DNA of 64,000 nt from an uncultured virus (IMG/VR IMGVR_UViG_2645728028_000003) (Duplodnaviria > Heunggongvirae > Uroviricota > Caudoviricetes). The DNA lies in IMG/VR virus record IMGVR_UViG_2645728028_000003, positions 1 to 64,000 of that record; one strand, written 5' to 3'. The notes under the pieces are model-generated. The model saw only the letters and a list, made by a program, of their open reading frames with translations, searched no databases and was not told the DNA's origin. A program made the position numbers and the translations under genes. Shown piece by piece: positions 9,544 through 18,582 of this stretch; within the stretch, counting starts at the first letter, position 1, and every line of letters starts with the position of its first letter.

Positions 9544-9585
9544 AAGGACATTACATATCTTATATAACTAATATGTAATGTCCTT
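9544..9585. terminator. Long inverted repeat / terminator-like hairpin
   Basis: AAGGACATTACATAT / ATATGTAATGTCCTT perfect 15-bp arms. Confidence 0.6.
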
Positions 9586-9623
9586 TTATTTAATATTTTT
9601 TAAATTCAGGTCCTGATAACAAC

Positions 9624-9830
9624 TTATCTCTCATCCATGCTAGGATGGCTCTTTATAAATTTTTGTGAACCATTTTCGATTGTGATACTCACTCCGTCGC
9701 GATCAATCACTTTATCACATTCTGCATCTAATTCATGCAAACGAATTAAATCATTTACTTTTTTTACTTCCAGCAAATCTTCGGTATCAACACGTGCTAA
9801 TAATTGATTTTTTAACTCATCAAATTTCAT
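9624..9830 (-). pseudogene. terS: P27-family terminase small subunit, truncated
   Basis: IENGSQKFIKSHPSM; homologous to 1312-1635; no terL follows. Confidence 0.75.
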
Positions 9831-9897
9831 ACTACCCCTCCCCCCTTATCACCCCTAATGTGAAAGGCTAATTTTTATATATTTTCAGAGAGTTAAG

Positions 9898-9950
9898 CCC
9901 CCTCCCCGGTGCCCCATTTGGAAAAAAGTCCAAAATTTTCGACCGGGGGG
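9898..9950. other. Putative cos packaging region, second copy
   Basis: Matches 1687-1739; lies between HNH and terS. Confidence 0.55.
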
Positions 9951-10019
9951 TTGTTACAGAAAATTTTTTTATTTTTTCTACCACTTTTCATCATGCTGCC
10001 ATTTGTTCTGCTTCTTTTT

Positions 10020-10298
10020 TTAAAAGTCTCGACCGTGTTCTTTGTTGTGACAATCGACACAAACAGTCTCCAGGTTATCTTCATCAAGCGCTAACTCCGG
10101 ATGATGCTCGAGCTCCTTGATGTGGTGAACTACTAGCTGGATCTTCTTGCGCTTGACACTCTCGCTGTATTCATTCGTATCGATGGATACTCGCCCTTGC
10201 CGTTTACATTCTTTGCATTCATAGTTGTCACGCATATGCTTCCATTCCCCACTGTCATAGAACTTACGCTTTTGTTTACTGGTCTTATTCTCTTTCAT
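10020..10298 (-). CDS. Phage HNH endonuclease (probably degenerate C-terminus)
   Basis: CKEC, VHHIKE, NLETVCVDCHNKEH. Confidence 0.85.
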   Translation of the reverse strand: MKENKTSKQKRKFYDSGEWKHMRDNYECKECKRQGRVSIDTNEYSESVKRKKIQLVVHHIKELEHHPELALDEDNLETVCVDCHNKEHGRDF

Positions 10299-10408
10299 AT
10301 TCCTCCTAATAAAAAAAGCACTCCCAAAGGAATACTTTTATCAGTAAATATCTTTATATTTTTGTATAACATGTATTTATGGATATCTTTAGTAACTCAA
10401 GCTATTAA

Positions 10409-11323
10409 TTAGATTTTTAATTTTTCACCATCTAGAAAAACAGCTTTAGGTCTAACACGTCGAACCCTTCTCTCTTCCATGTAATAAGTTAAATCGCTAA
10501 TTTTGTTAAGAATATTTTCTAATTGGTTTGCTCTTAACGCTTCTTCCGAATTTAGATTTGAGATAAGTTCATTTGCAATAATAATTCCATCTCTCGAAAG
10601 CGAATTTAATTCTTTAATTGCACCTAATGGTATAGGTTCACTTCTTTGAATTACATCACTTAAATATTGAGGAGGTAATAATTCAGTTGGCGATCTTAAC
10701 AATTTTTGTTGATTACGAGCAAGTTCAAGTAGTTCCTCTAAAATCTCACTGGTATATGGATTTGTTTCACTGGCCTCAGTTTTTTGCACCTCAACAACTT
10801 CTTCTGCATCAAGCAACGCATCTAGGTCTTCCTTTAAGGATGGCCACCAGACCTCAAAAACTTTATCTAGTCTTACCTGTTCAAGTGCATCACTTTGTAG
10901 AGACTTATTGATACTTTCAACTAATTTCTTTACATCATCTTTTGTATAGATTGTTGATTGGAATTGTAGAGTTGGACCAGTTACTTCTGATCTCTTTAAA
11001 TTAAATAAGAATGGCGACACCCGAGATTTTTCAACCTGCTTTGAAAGTGCTCCTGCCTCAAAGTTAATCCAAGGAGCCTTAATATTTTCTTTAGTTAAAA
11101 TAATAATCCCATAGTTCGAATTATTTAATTCACCTGCAATATCGCTACTCCATCTTGTACCCTTATCAATGTCCTCAGATGATACGTAAGGTTCTACCGA
11201 TTGAATAACTGATGGTATCCAATCCCTTAATATTAATGCAACATTTCTACTTAAATCCCCAGACCAACTTAAAAAAACTTTCATTTTCTTTATTTCACTC
11301 CATTTATCTAAAATAATACTCAC
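10409..11323 (-). CDS. TIR-domain protein
   Basis: KVFLSWSG...DIDKGTRW...WINFEAGA (TIR_2 boxes with the catalytic Glu); helical C-terminus. Confidence 0.85.
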   Translation of the reverse strand: MSIILDKWSEIKKMKVFLSWSGDLSRNVALILRDWIPSVIQSVEPYVSSEDIDKGTRWSSDIAGELNNSNYGIIILTKENIKAPWINFEAGALSKQVEKSRVSPFLFNLKRSEVTGPTLQFQSTIYTKDDVKKLVESINKSLQSDALEQVRLDKVFEVWWPSLKEDLDALLDAEEVVEVQKTEASETNPYTSEILEELLELARNQQKLLRSPTELLPPQYLSDVIQRSEPIPLGAIKELNSLSRDGIIIANELISNLNSEEALRANQLENILNKISDLTYYMEERRVRRVRPKAVFLDGEKLKI

Positions 11324-11750
11324 CTCCTAATATTCGACACAAAAAAAACAATCCCTTTTTCCTATTTATATTTTTTAATGCTTCCTCAGGTATTCTACTA
11401 ACTAAAATATTATTCATTTTCTTAAAAAAGACCTGTCTGTCAACGGTATATCTTTCACCTTTAAAGCACTAATGTTATTATTTTTGCAATTATTCAATAT
11501 TATTACCTCTTCCCCAGTGCCAGATTCACATTTTTATAAGTATCACGCCTGGTACCCATGATATCTTCCCAGTCTCTTCGACTAAGATCCTCTTAGTTTC
11601 CTGTATTAGGTTTTTCTCTCTGATTCTCCGCAAACCTACGCAGCTGGTTAAACTGCTGAATCTGTGCTTTTGATAAATGATCAGCGAACTTCATATTGAC
11701 CACCCACTTTCCCAAATAAAAAAGCACCCATAATTATGGATGCTGGTTGA

Positions 11751-12263
11751 TTAAGTAAATAACACTATTGGCATTTCTGAAGATCTTCTATTTTTATAAA
11801 ACTTTTCTAATTCACTTTGACTTAAAGAGTTTTTCTTATTATCTTGTTTAAAATTAATAGCATTTGCATTAGCCCGCACATAAATTTGCTCTATGCCTTC
11901 CTGAATAGCATAATATTTGAGCTTCTCTATATAATAACTAGCTATACCTATTTTTCTTAATGATTCGTCATGTACATACAATAATTCTAAATTTATTTCC
12001 TTTTTGTCTCTTTTTAATTCTTCCATAATTCTTTGGTTTCTTTTATAGAAATCCATTGAAAACAGAACTTTTTCATTTCTTTTGTAATAAAGACAAAATT
12101 TTACATTTCCATCTTCGCAATGATATCCTCGTTCCTTTGTATTAAGAAGTCCTTTGTCATCAAATTTAAAGACAATATAATCTTCATTCTCTTTAATACA
12201 ATCAGGTAGACCCCAGTTTATAATCATATTTTCCATTGTTTTATTATTTTGTTTTTCACTCAT
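11751..12263 (-). CDS. GNAT-family acetyltransferase
   Basis: LYVHDESLRKIGIAS (motif A) and LEKFY; RBS before 12263. Confidence 0.7.
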   Translation of the reverse strand: MSEKQNNKTMENMIINWGLPDCIKENEDYIVFKFDDKGLLNTKERGYHCEDGNVKFCLYYKRNEKVLFSMDFYKRNQRIMEELKRDKKEINLELLYVHDESLRKIGIASYYIEKLKYYAIQEGIEQIYVRANANAINFKQDNKKNSLSQSELEKFYKNRRSSEMPIVLFT

Positions 12264-12395
12264 TGTCTTCCTCCTTCGATACTCATTGTTCATCTTATTC
12301 GAGATAAGGACTGGTTTCCCTCTTTTGACAAAAAAGACAACACTTCGAACCTAAGCGCAGTCATGAAATATTCTACATTTTCATAAAGAAATATT

Positions 12396-13133
12396 TTATT
12401 GTTCTTCATTTCTTTTCGAAAATTTAGTTACAAAATAAGAGACAAAAAAACCTATAATTATTACATTAAATACAAAGCCAATAATGTATTCACATAATAA
12501 TATCAATGTGATTGGCTGTTCTAATATTATGCCACTGGAAGGAAATGAATAAAACGGTATCAATCCTTTGTATATAATGAATAGGTAAGTGGTGAGACTT
12601 GAGTTAGAATGAAACATAATTTTATTATATTCTTCTAAAGTATAAAGATTAAAAACATCATTATACTCCAAGTAAAACAATCCAAAACCAATGCCAGCTA
12701 CGCATAAAATTAATCCATAACCAAAAATAAAATTTAATAATTGGAAAATCATATTGTTAAAGTTTTTCAGTGCATTGGTAATTAAAATAACTGAAAATAT
12801 AATGATAAATATTGTTAATACTATTAAAAAGCGAAAATTTAATGGGTTTTCTAGGTATACATTTAAAAAACCCAAGGTAAAAGTAATTAATAATAGGACT
12901 CTAAATAACCAATTTAGAAAGTTAATGAAACTATTATTAGAAGAATAAGTAAAAATCTTTCCAAGACCAATCAAAAATATTAAAAATAATATCAAATTAA
13001 TAAAACCTGGAATTTTACTCTCAATAGGTGTCTCAACAATTACCACTATAAATGACACAGTGAGTATAAAAATTGCAGTTGAAATTTCTTTTTTATTCTT
13101 AAGCAATAAAACTCTAGGAAACACATTTTCCAA
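12396..13133 (-). CDS. Polytopic membrane protein
   Basis: Very AT-rich ORF with about 7 hydrophobic segments. Confidence 0.65.
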   Translation of the reverse strand: MENVFPRVLLLKNKKEISTAIFILTVSFIVVIVETPIESKIPGFINLILFLIFLIGLGKIFTYSSNNSFINFLNWLFRVLLLITFTLGFLNVYLENPLNFRFLIVLTIFIIIFSVILITNALKNFNNMIFQLLNFIFGYGLILCVAGIGFGLFYLEYNDVFNLYTLEEYNKIMFHSNSSLTTYLFIIYKGLIPFYSFPSSGIILEQPITLILLCEYIIGFVFNVIIIGFFVSYFVTKFSKRNEEQ

Positions 13134-13157
13134 TTTTAAATTTAACGAGGAATTTTT

Positions 13158-13307
13158 TTAAAAATTACTAATCCATTCTCTTTTTTCAAGGTAGTTTATA
13201 GACCTTTTGAAATGAGCATACGATTTTTTTGTCCAAACAAATAAAGTGTATGAAAGTGAAATTGTAGCTAAAATCAAAATAACAAAAGCAATGATTTTCT
13301 GAATCAT
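13158..13307 (-). CDS. Small single-TM protein
   Basis: RBS GGAGGTG before MIQKII. Confidence 0.4.
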   Translation of the reverse strand: MIQKIIAFVILILATISLSYTLFVWTKKSYAHFKRSINYLEKREWISNF

Positions 13308-13826
13308 GAGAAAACACCTCCCAGATTTTAAATTTTTATAGTTTTTTATACGATTATATAAGGCAAAAGTTCCGTAGTATAAAATATAAAGAACCATTTA
13401 TATAATCTAATTAGAATACTGATTCAAAAAAATTTCCTTTATCTATTAAAATCTTTCTATTACTATAACCCATTTCATTATCATTTTTGAATACTTGATC
13501 TCTTTGATCTATAATCATTCTGGCATGCTGTTTGCCTTCTCAGCATGCATATAAGGTAATCTTTCTAACTCCTATCTGCATGCACTTCATTTTACTGAAA
13601 ATATCGTATCCTTGCGCTTCTCTCCATACACAAAGAGCCTCCATCGCTGGACGCTTTTCTATTCATTAATTAGCCTTCTATTCTTGCTTTTTCATTTGCA
13701 AGAAAATTTCTTTAATATTATCTTTAGCACTTTTGCATAAAATGAAGGAAAAATAATTTTTAGTGTATTTGGATTAGAATACATAATTTGCATAAAAAAA
13801 GCACCCTTGAAAGGATGCTCCTAAAA

Positions 13827-14042
13827 CTAATCTACGATTTTAATAGTCTTGCCATCTTCTTGAACTACTAATGATTTATTACAGGATACATTAATATCCC
13901 CTGCCACAATTTCAAATTTAAGAATAGTACCATCATTAAATTCAGTAACAGACACAACTTTTTCAGGAGTGTGTTCAAGAACCTCAAAACTTGTGCGTTC
14001 TCTTCCTTCAAGATCAATATTCATTTCTGCCAAATTACTCAC
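13827..14042 (-). CDS. Hypothetical protein
   Basis: RBS GAGGAG, GTG start; flanked by related terminators. Confidence 0.55.
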   Translation of the reverse strand: MSNLAEMNIDLEGRERTSFEVLEHTPEKVVSVTEFNDGTILKFEIVAGDINVSCNKSLVVQEDGKTIKIVD

Positions 14043-14152
14043 CTCCTCTCACCCACAATTATGAGCAAAAGGCACTAGATGGACAAACACTATCGTTCGT
14101 CAAATTATGACAAATTCCCAAAATAAAAAGCACCCTCGAAAGGATGCTCTAG

Positions 14153-14992
14153 CTAGGATATATATTCTACAAAAGAAGGAATACATAGCATTCCTTTCTT
14201 TGTGTAATTTCTAAACTTTACACGACATTTAATCTTTGGATCAACATGTATGAACTTTTTATCTTCTTCTATTATTAGATCCTGGAACTGCTTATAGAAT
14301 TGTTTTCTTCCGGCAGGAGAAACAAATTCCATAATTCCAGCCGGTTTAATGCGGTTAATTTCTTCAATTCCAAGCAACAACCAGAATTCATCTTTTCTGA
14401 GGCCTGTAATAAATACATCAGCATATTGATAATTTATTACCTTTAACCAATTCTGAGAGCGTTTATTAATTTGATATTTAGATGCTGCTCTTTTAAGGAC
14501 AATTCCCTCTAGGTCATGCTGCTTAACTATATCAAAATAAGCTTCACCTTTACCAAGCATCCACTGGACCTTTGCAAAGTATTGATCATTGTGGATCAAG
14601 CTTTCAAGAATATCTTTTCTTTCTATTAAAGGAAGATGCGTAATCTTTTCTCCTTTATAATAAATAATATCAAACACACAGAACTGAATATGGTGATTAG
14701 ATCTTTTGGATTGAAACCTTTCCATCATTGCCTCAAAGTCAGGCTTCCCATCCTTATCAGTGACTATTATTTCTCCATCCAAAACTGTTCCATCTGGAAT
14801 ATCTATGTGTAGCAATTCAGGAAACTTAGAAGTCACCTCATTATTATGCCTTGTATATAATTTAATCTGATTATTAAACTTAGACAGGATTAATCGAATG
14901 CCATCTAGTTTTAATTCAGTAATAAACTCTTTATCTTCAAATGGCTGCTCAGATTTATGAAGCAGCATTGGTGAAACAAACACTTTTACCAC
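14153..14992 (-). CDS. ATP-dependent DNA ligase (phage LigB/YoqV-like)
   Basis: Motif I ELKLDGIR, LDGEI, VFDI, EGIVLK, WLKV. Confidence 0.9.
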   Translation of the reverse strand: MVKVFVSPMLLHKSEQPFEDKEFITELKLDGIRLILSKFNNQIKLYTRHNNEVTSKFPELLHIDIPDGTVLDGEIIVTDKDGKPDFEAMMERFQSKRSNHHIQFCVFDIIYYKGEKITHLPLIERKDILESLIHNDQYFAKVQWMLGKGEAYFDIVKQHDLEGIVLKRAASKYQINKRSQNWLKVINYQYADVFITGLRKDEFWLLLGIEEINRIKPAGIMEFVSPAGRKQFYKQFQDLIIEEDKKFIHVDPKIKCRVKFRNYTKKGMLCIPSFVEYIS

Positions 14993-15113
14993 CTCTGAAA
15001 TATCATACCATGGTAAACTCTTATTTTCTTATAACAAGAAACATGTAAGTTATCCCTGAAAAACCAATATAAAAAGCATCCCCGAGGATGCCTTTTCCTA
15101 GAAAAGTTTTGTT

Positions 15114-15311
15114 TTACTGATCATATACAGATACATAGGTTACTTGATTAAGATTAATCCTATGATACCCTCTTGAGGATTTATTGGTACCTTCAAAGTA
15201 ATCTTTTTGCACGTAAATAGTTTTTAATACATCCTGTTCATCATTTCCATACACATGCAAGGTCTTTGTGTTTTCGTTATCAAAGTGAAAAACTACCTTA
15301 TAAAGTTGCAT
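15114..15311 (-). CDS. Hypothetical protein
   Basis: RBS AAAGGAGG before MQLYK; sigH-like promoter. Confidence 0.55.
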   Translation of the reverse strand: MQLYKVVFHFDNENTKTLHVYGNDEQDVLKTIYVQKDYFEGTNKSSRGYHRINLNQVTYVSVYDQ

Positions 15312-15391
15312 AACATTCCCTCCTTTCGCCCTTAAATTCGACAAAAGAAGACCTATTTCCTTTTTAACCACCCCATTATGCTAATAGCTTT

Positions 15392-15622
15392 TTACCTAGG
15401 AGATACACCGCCACCTCTGTAAATTTTTATTTGCCTAGATGAAAACTCCTTACAAACCTCCTTACTGCTAGTTATTAAGTAATGTTTGGAACACAATTTC
15501 CTTGAAGAATAATAAAAACATTTGTTGCAACATTTATTATTTTTCTCAGAACTAACGATACCTTTCTGCTCCTTCAAAATTGACCTTGTAGCAGAACTTA
15601 ATTTTCTTTTCATAATTATCAT
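15392..15622 (-). CDS. Small Cys-rich basic protein
   Basis: CCNKC...C..H...C motif. Confidence 0.45.
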   Translation of the reverse strand: MIIMKRKLSSATRSILKEQKGIVSSEKNNKCCNKCFYYSSRKLCSKHYLITSSKEVCKEFSSRQIKIYRGGGVSPR

Positions 15623-16003
15623 TCTGAAGTTATTTTAATTCTATCAAAACCGGGGTGATATATACATATATTTCCTAATACACCGAGAGGAACCTGAGAG
15701 ATTAGGAAACCACAAATTAAAGTGATTTCATAAATCATTCCCCGCCTCGATTCGGTCGCTAGTTCTATAAAGAACCCTCTTTGACAGGCGCGCTTGGGAC
15801 TCCACATGCTCCCCTCGTTAACAGGCATGCTTCATCGTCTCGCAGAATCGCTCGAGTACACCCTTGATAAGGGAAAGATGCGTCTCCCAGGAATCACTTC
15901 CTGAGATTAATGTTATAAAAAGACAAAGAAAAAAAAGGCAGCAACTTTGTCCGCCTTTTTCTCCTAAAAATGTTCAGTTATTATCCACGTTTTGTCCGGG
16001 TTT

Positions 16004-16387
16004 TTAAATAATTCCAAGGGACGAAGCAATCATGAATATAGCTGTTTTTTTCTTCTCATAATATGCTGTCTTCTGTAATCCAAGATCTAAATAGATATTA
16101 AGATCATTTTGTCTTTCAGCGCTTAAATATTTCATTTCAATAATTTGCCGCTCAAGTTGGTCAAGGCTATTATTAAGAGCTCTTTCCATCTGTATAACTT
16201 TAAGCTCGTTTTCAACGTCACTCTCAATTAACTTTGGGAAAATATTCTTCTGTATGCCTTTTTCACTTAGTTCTAATTTGTTCTGTATTCGGATCCTTAA
16301 AGCCCTATAGATTTTTAATTCCTTTACAACAATTGACCGAACTTCTTTTTCATCAATATCCGGAAAGAAAGATAGTTGAGCACTCAT
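16004..16387 (-). CDS. ArpU/RinA-family late transcription activator
   Basis: QLSFFPDIDEKEVR...ERQIIEMKYL...YYEKKKTAI. Confidence 0.85.
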   Translation of the reverse strand: MSAQLSFFPDIDEKEVRSIVVKELKIYRALRIRIQNKLELSEKGIQKNIFPKLIESDVENELKVIQMERALNNSLDQLERQIIEMKYLSAERQNDLNIYLDLGLQKTAYYEKKKTAIFMIASSLGII

Positions 16388-16567
16388 CCATTCTTCCCCC
16401 CTATAGTATAATTGTATTAGTCGAATACACACCATTGCCGGGAGAATTCCTGGCTTTTTTATTTAACTGGCTCTATCTTGTGTTTCCTTATTTCTTATTA
16501 AATTAATAATATTTGTTAATCACATATGGTAATATTTACTTAATCCATATGAAAGGTGCTTTAGTGA

Positions 16568-16993
16568 ATGGAAATTGCAAAAACTCTCCTGATTAATATT
16601 GAATGGGAAGGACCCTATAATTTAGTAGACCTTCCAACCCTCACCGATACCGAAACAGATTATGGTGTTTATCAAATTTATGGTAAACATCCGGTTTATG
16701 GTAGCGATGTATTGTTATACATTGGGAAGGCTGATCTCCAAACTCTCGGAAAGAGGATTTCCCAAGAAGGCTGGTGTTTTGTGATGGCTACTTATAAGCA
16801 AATCCAAGAGTATGTTAAAAAGACATATGGATATTCTGCAAAGTCTTGTTGGATAGCTCACATGAAAGAAGTTTGTGGACTAAAACCAAAAATGTCAGCA
16901 CGAAGATATTCTCCTCACTCAAGAGTCCACCCCTGCCCAGAATCAAAACAAAAGGACATAAAAGAAGCTTTTAAACATTTCAATATGATTTAG
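16568..16993 (+). pseudogene. Chimera: GIY-YIG-like N-terminal fragment fused to a 69-aa phage protein
   Basis: GVYQIY...LLYIGKA, then a copy of 60063-60290 from 16767. Confidence 0.6.
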
Positions 16994-17066
16994 ACACATT
17001 TTTATTAAGGTCATATACTCAAAGCTTGAATCGCTCACTTACCGCAGAGATACGGTTTTTTTATTG

Positions 17067-17155
17067 GTATAAAATACTTTCAACTGGACAAACTACCTGC
17101 ACGAGCAAGGCCAATCCTCCACATACAAAAACTCCCTAGATTAGGTCCTTGCTCG
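17067..17155 (+). promoter_or_regulatory. sigG/sigF-like promoter followed by a leader hairpin
   Basis: GTATA-17-CAAACTA; CGAGCAAGG...CCTTGCTCG; conserved at 60670-60756. Confidence 0.55.
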
Positions 17156-17176
17156 CCATTTAAATGGGGTGATACC

Positions 17177-17308
17177 ATGCTTCAATGGATTGATGAAAAC
17201 ACTTTAAAAAATGTATATATCGTCACACTTGGAGTTCCAAGTATATTGACTTTTCTTTGGCTCTTAGCAGTTGCTTTAACTTTTAGAGCTGAGAAAAAAG
17301 GGAAATGA
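17177..17308 (+). CDS. 43-aa single-TM peptide (not in ORF track)
   Basis: MLQWIDENTLKNVYIVTLGVPSILTFLWLLAVALTFRAEKKGK; paralogue at 60777-60905. Confidence 0.7.
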   Translation: MLQWIDENTLKNVYIVTLGVPSILTFLWLLAVALTFRAEKKGK

Positions 17309-17412
17309 AACTGATTGCTTATTTTGTTTCCTTAATACTAGCTTTCTTGGGATATTAACAAGTATGTCAGCATAACTTTTAGATAAATCCCAAAGAAGGA
17401 GGTCATTAAATA

Positions 17413-17550
17413 ATGACACCACTTGAACTTTTTGCATGGATATTATCAGCAATCTTAGCGATAAGCTTTATTATTTCTTTAATAGTAGTTTCAAGAAAAC
17501 CTCAAATTCTTAATAAAAAGAAAAGTAAAAAGGCTCTATCCACTGATTAA
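17413..17550 (+). CDS. 45-aa single-TM peptide with basic tail
   Basis: RBS GAAGGAGG; MTPLELFAWILSAILAISFIISLIVVSRK... Confidence 0.6.
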   Translation: MTPLELFAWILSAILAISFIISLIVVSRKPQILNKKKSKKALSTD

Positions 17551-17666
17551 TATTCTTCCCTTAATAACCCATTCCGTCTTATACCGGTTATTCATAACCT
17601 TTCGAAAACCCTTGTTATAAGCTTCTTCCCTTGCTTTTTGCAGTATCGGATTAGGTTTCTTTGCCA

Positions 17667-17882
17667 TCAAAACCACCTATTCTCATCTTTTTCAACACCA
17701 ATCACTCTGAATGAAGCCAAAAGCAATTCATACTTTAATTCGTCATAATTTAATTCATCGATGGGAATACCTTGCTGCGATTCTCTAGCTCCTAAAGCAA
17801 CTAACTGACCAAGGACAAATTTCTTCTTTTCACTGTGAAATGTCTTTTGATTAATAGGTCCAGCTATTCCCATACCAAGCAC
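17667..17882 (-). CDS. Hypothetical phage protein (copy of 2051-2266)
   Basis: Within the duplicated block. Confidence 0.55.
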   Translation of the reverse strand: MLGMGIAGPINQKTFHSEKKKFVLGQLVALGARESQQGIPIDELNYDELKYELLLASFRVIGVEKDENRWF

Positions 17883-17956
17883 CTACAATGCTTCAGAAGA
17901 TTTCTGAATCTTATTTAATTGATCTTTATAATAATCACGTTGAGCCCGTGTCCTTT

Positions 17957-18043
17957 TTAAACCTTTATTCGCATATTAGTAAAAAGATTGAAACTGAAAG
18001 AATGAGTAAATTCGAGGAATACATGAAAAATGTCCTTGAATAA
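17957..18043 (+). pseudogene. Tyrosine integrase C-terminal remnant (copy 2)
   Basis: LNLYSHISKKIETERMSKFEEYMKNVLE*. Confidence 0.7.
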
Positions 18044-18121
18044 TTTTTTTGCTTTAAAATCGGGCATTTTTCGGGCGACTGCAAATTCAACACCCATATC
18101 CTTTTTTTGACCGGAAACAAA

Positions 18122-18156
18122 AAAACCCCTCGATACCAGTAGTATCAAGGGGTTTT
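18122..18156 (-). terminator. Rho-independent terminator after the glnA 3' end copy
   Basis: AAAACCCCTCGATAC / GTATCAAGGGGTTTT with U-tract on the minus strand. Confidence 0.8.
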
Positions 18157-18160
18157 ATTC

Positions 18161-18217
18161 TTAGTACATGCTCATGTACTGCTCGCGCTCCCATGGATGC
18201 ACTTGCGTACGGAACAT
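18161..18217 (-). repeat. glnA: att core: copy of the glnA 3' end
   Basis: MFRTQVHPWEREQYMSMY*; upstream sequence is not glnA. Confidence 0.9.
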
Positions 18218-18318
18218 GAGTAAATCCGAATTTATTTATTACTTTCTATTATAAATGCGGATAAATAGGGATTAAATTTAATTATATTTTCATTAACTAT
18301 CTTTATGTTTTTTAACAA

Positions 18319-18348
18319 GGGGGCAATATGGGGGCGGAATTGGGGGCA
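18319..18348. promoter_or_regulatory. Putative integrase arm-type sites (GGGGGC x3)
   Basis: Three direct repeats 11-12 bp apart, about 100 bp from the att core. Confidence 0.55.
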
Positions 18349-18582
18349 ACTATAATTTAATTTTTATGATCATCCGTTTCTGCTTGAATAGTTGAAATTA
18401 ATTCATCAAACGAGACGGTGATGGGCATTTTCTTTTCTCCCCAAATTCAAATATACTTGATAGCTGCTTTCTCATTTAAATAAGATAGTTCAGCTATTAA
18501 TCCTGGAATTACTTTTCTCATTTTTAAATATTCAGGTCCTAAAAGTAAAGTCCCTCAGCATTAATCGCAGAGGGACTTGATT

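Larger units (their letters stand above)
2601..18160 (-). mobile_element. Element B: decayed prophage with cargo, bounded by glnA att copies
   Basis: Flanked by 57-bp att repeats; ArpU, HNH and terS remnants; no head or tail genes. Confidence 0.8.
17652..18217. repeat. ~565-bp direct repeat, copy 2
   Basis: Matches 2036-2600. Confidence 0.95.

Noticed and set aside
10409..13133. Thoeris system (TIR + membrane effector)
   Set aside because: No SIR2/Macro/SLOG partner; the genes are separated by phage remnants and have separate promoters
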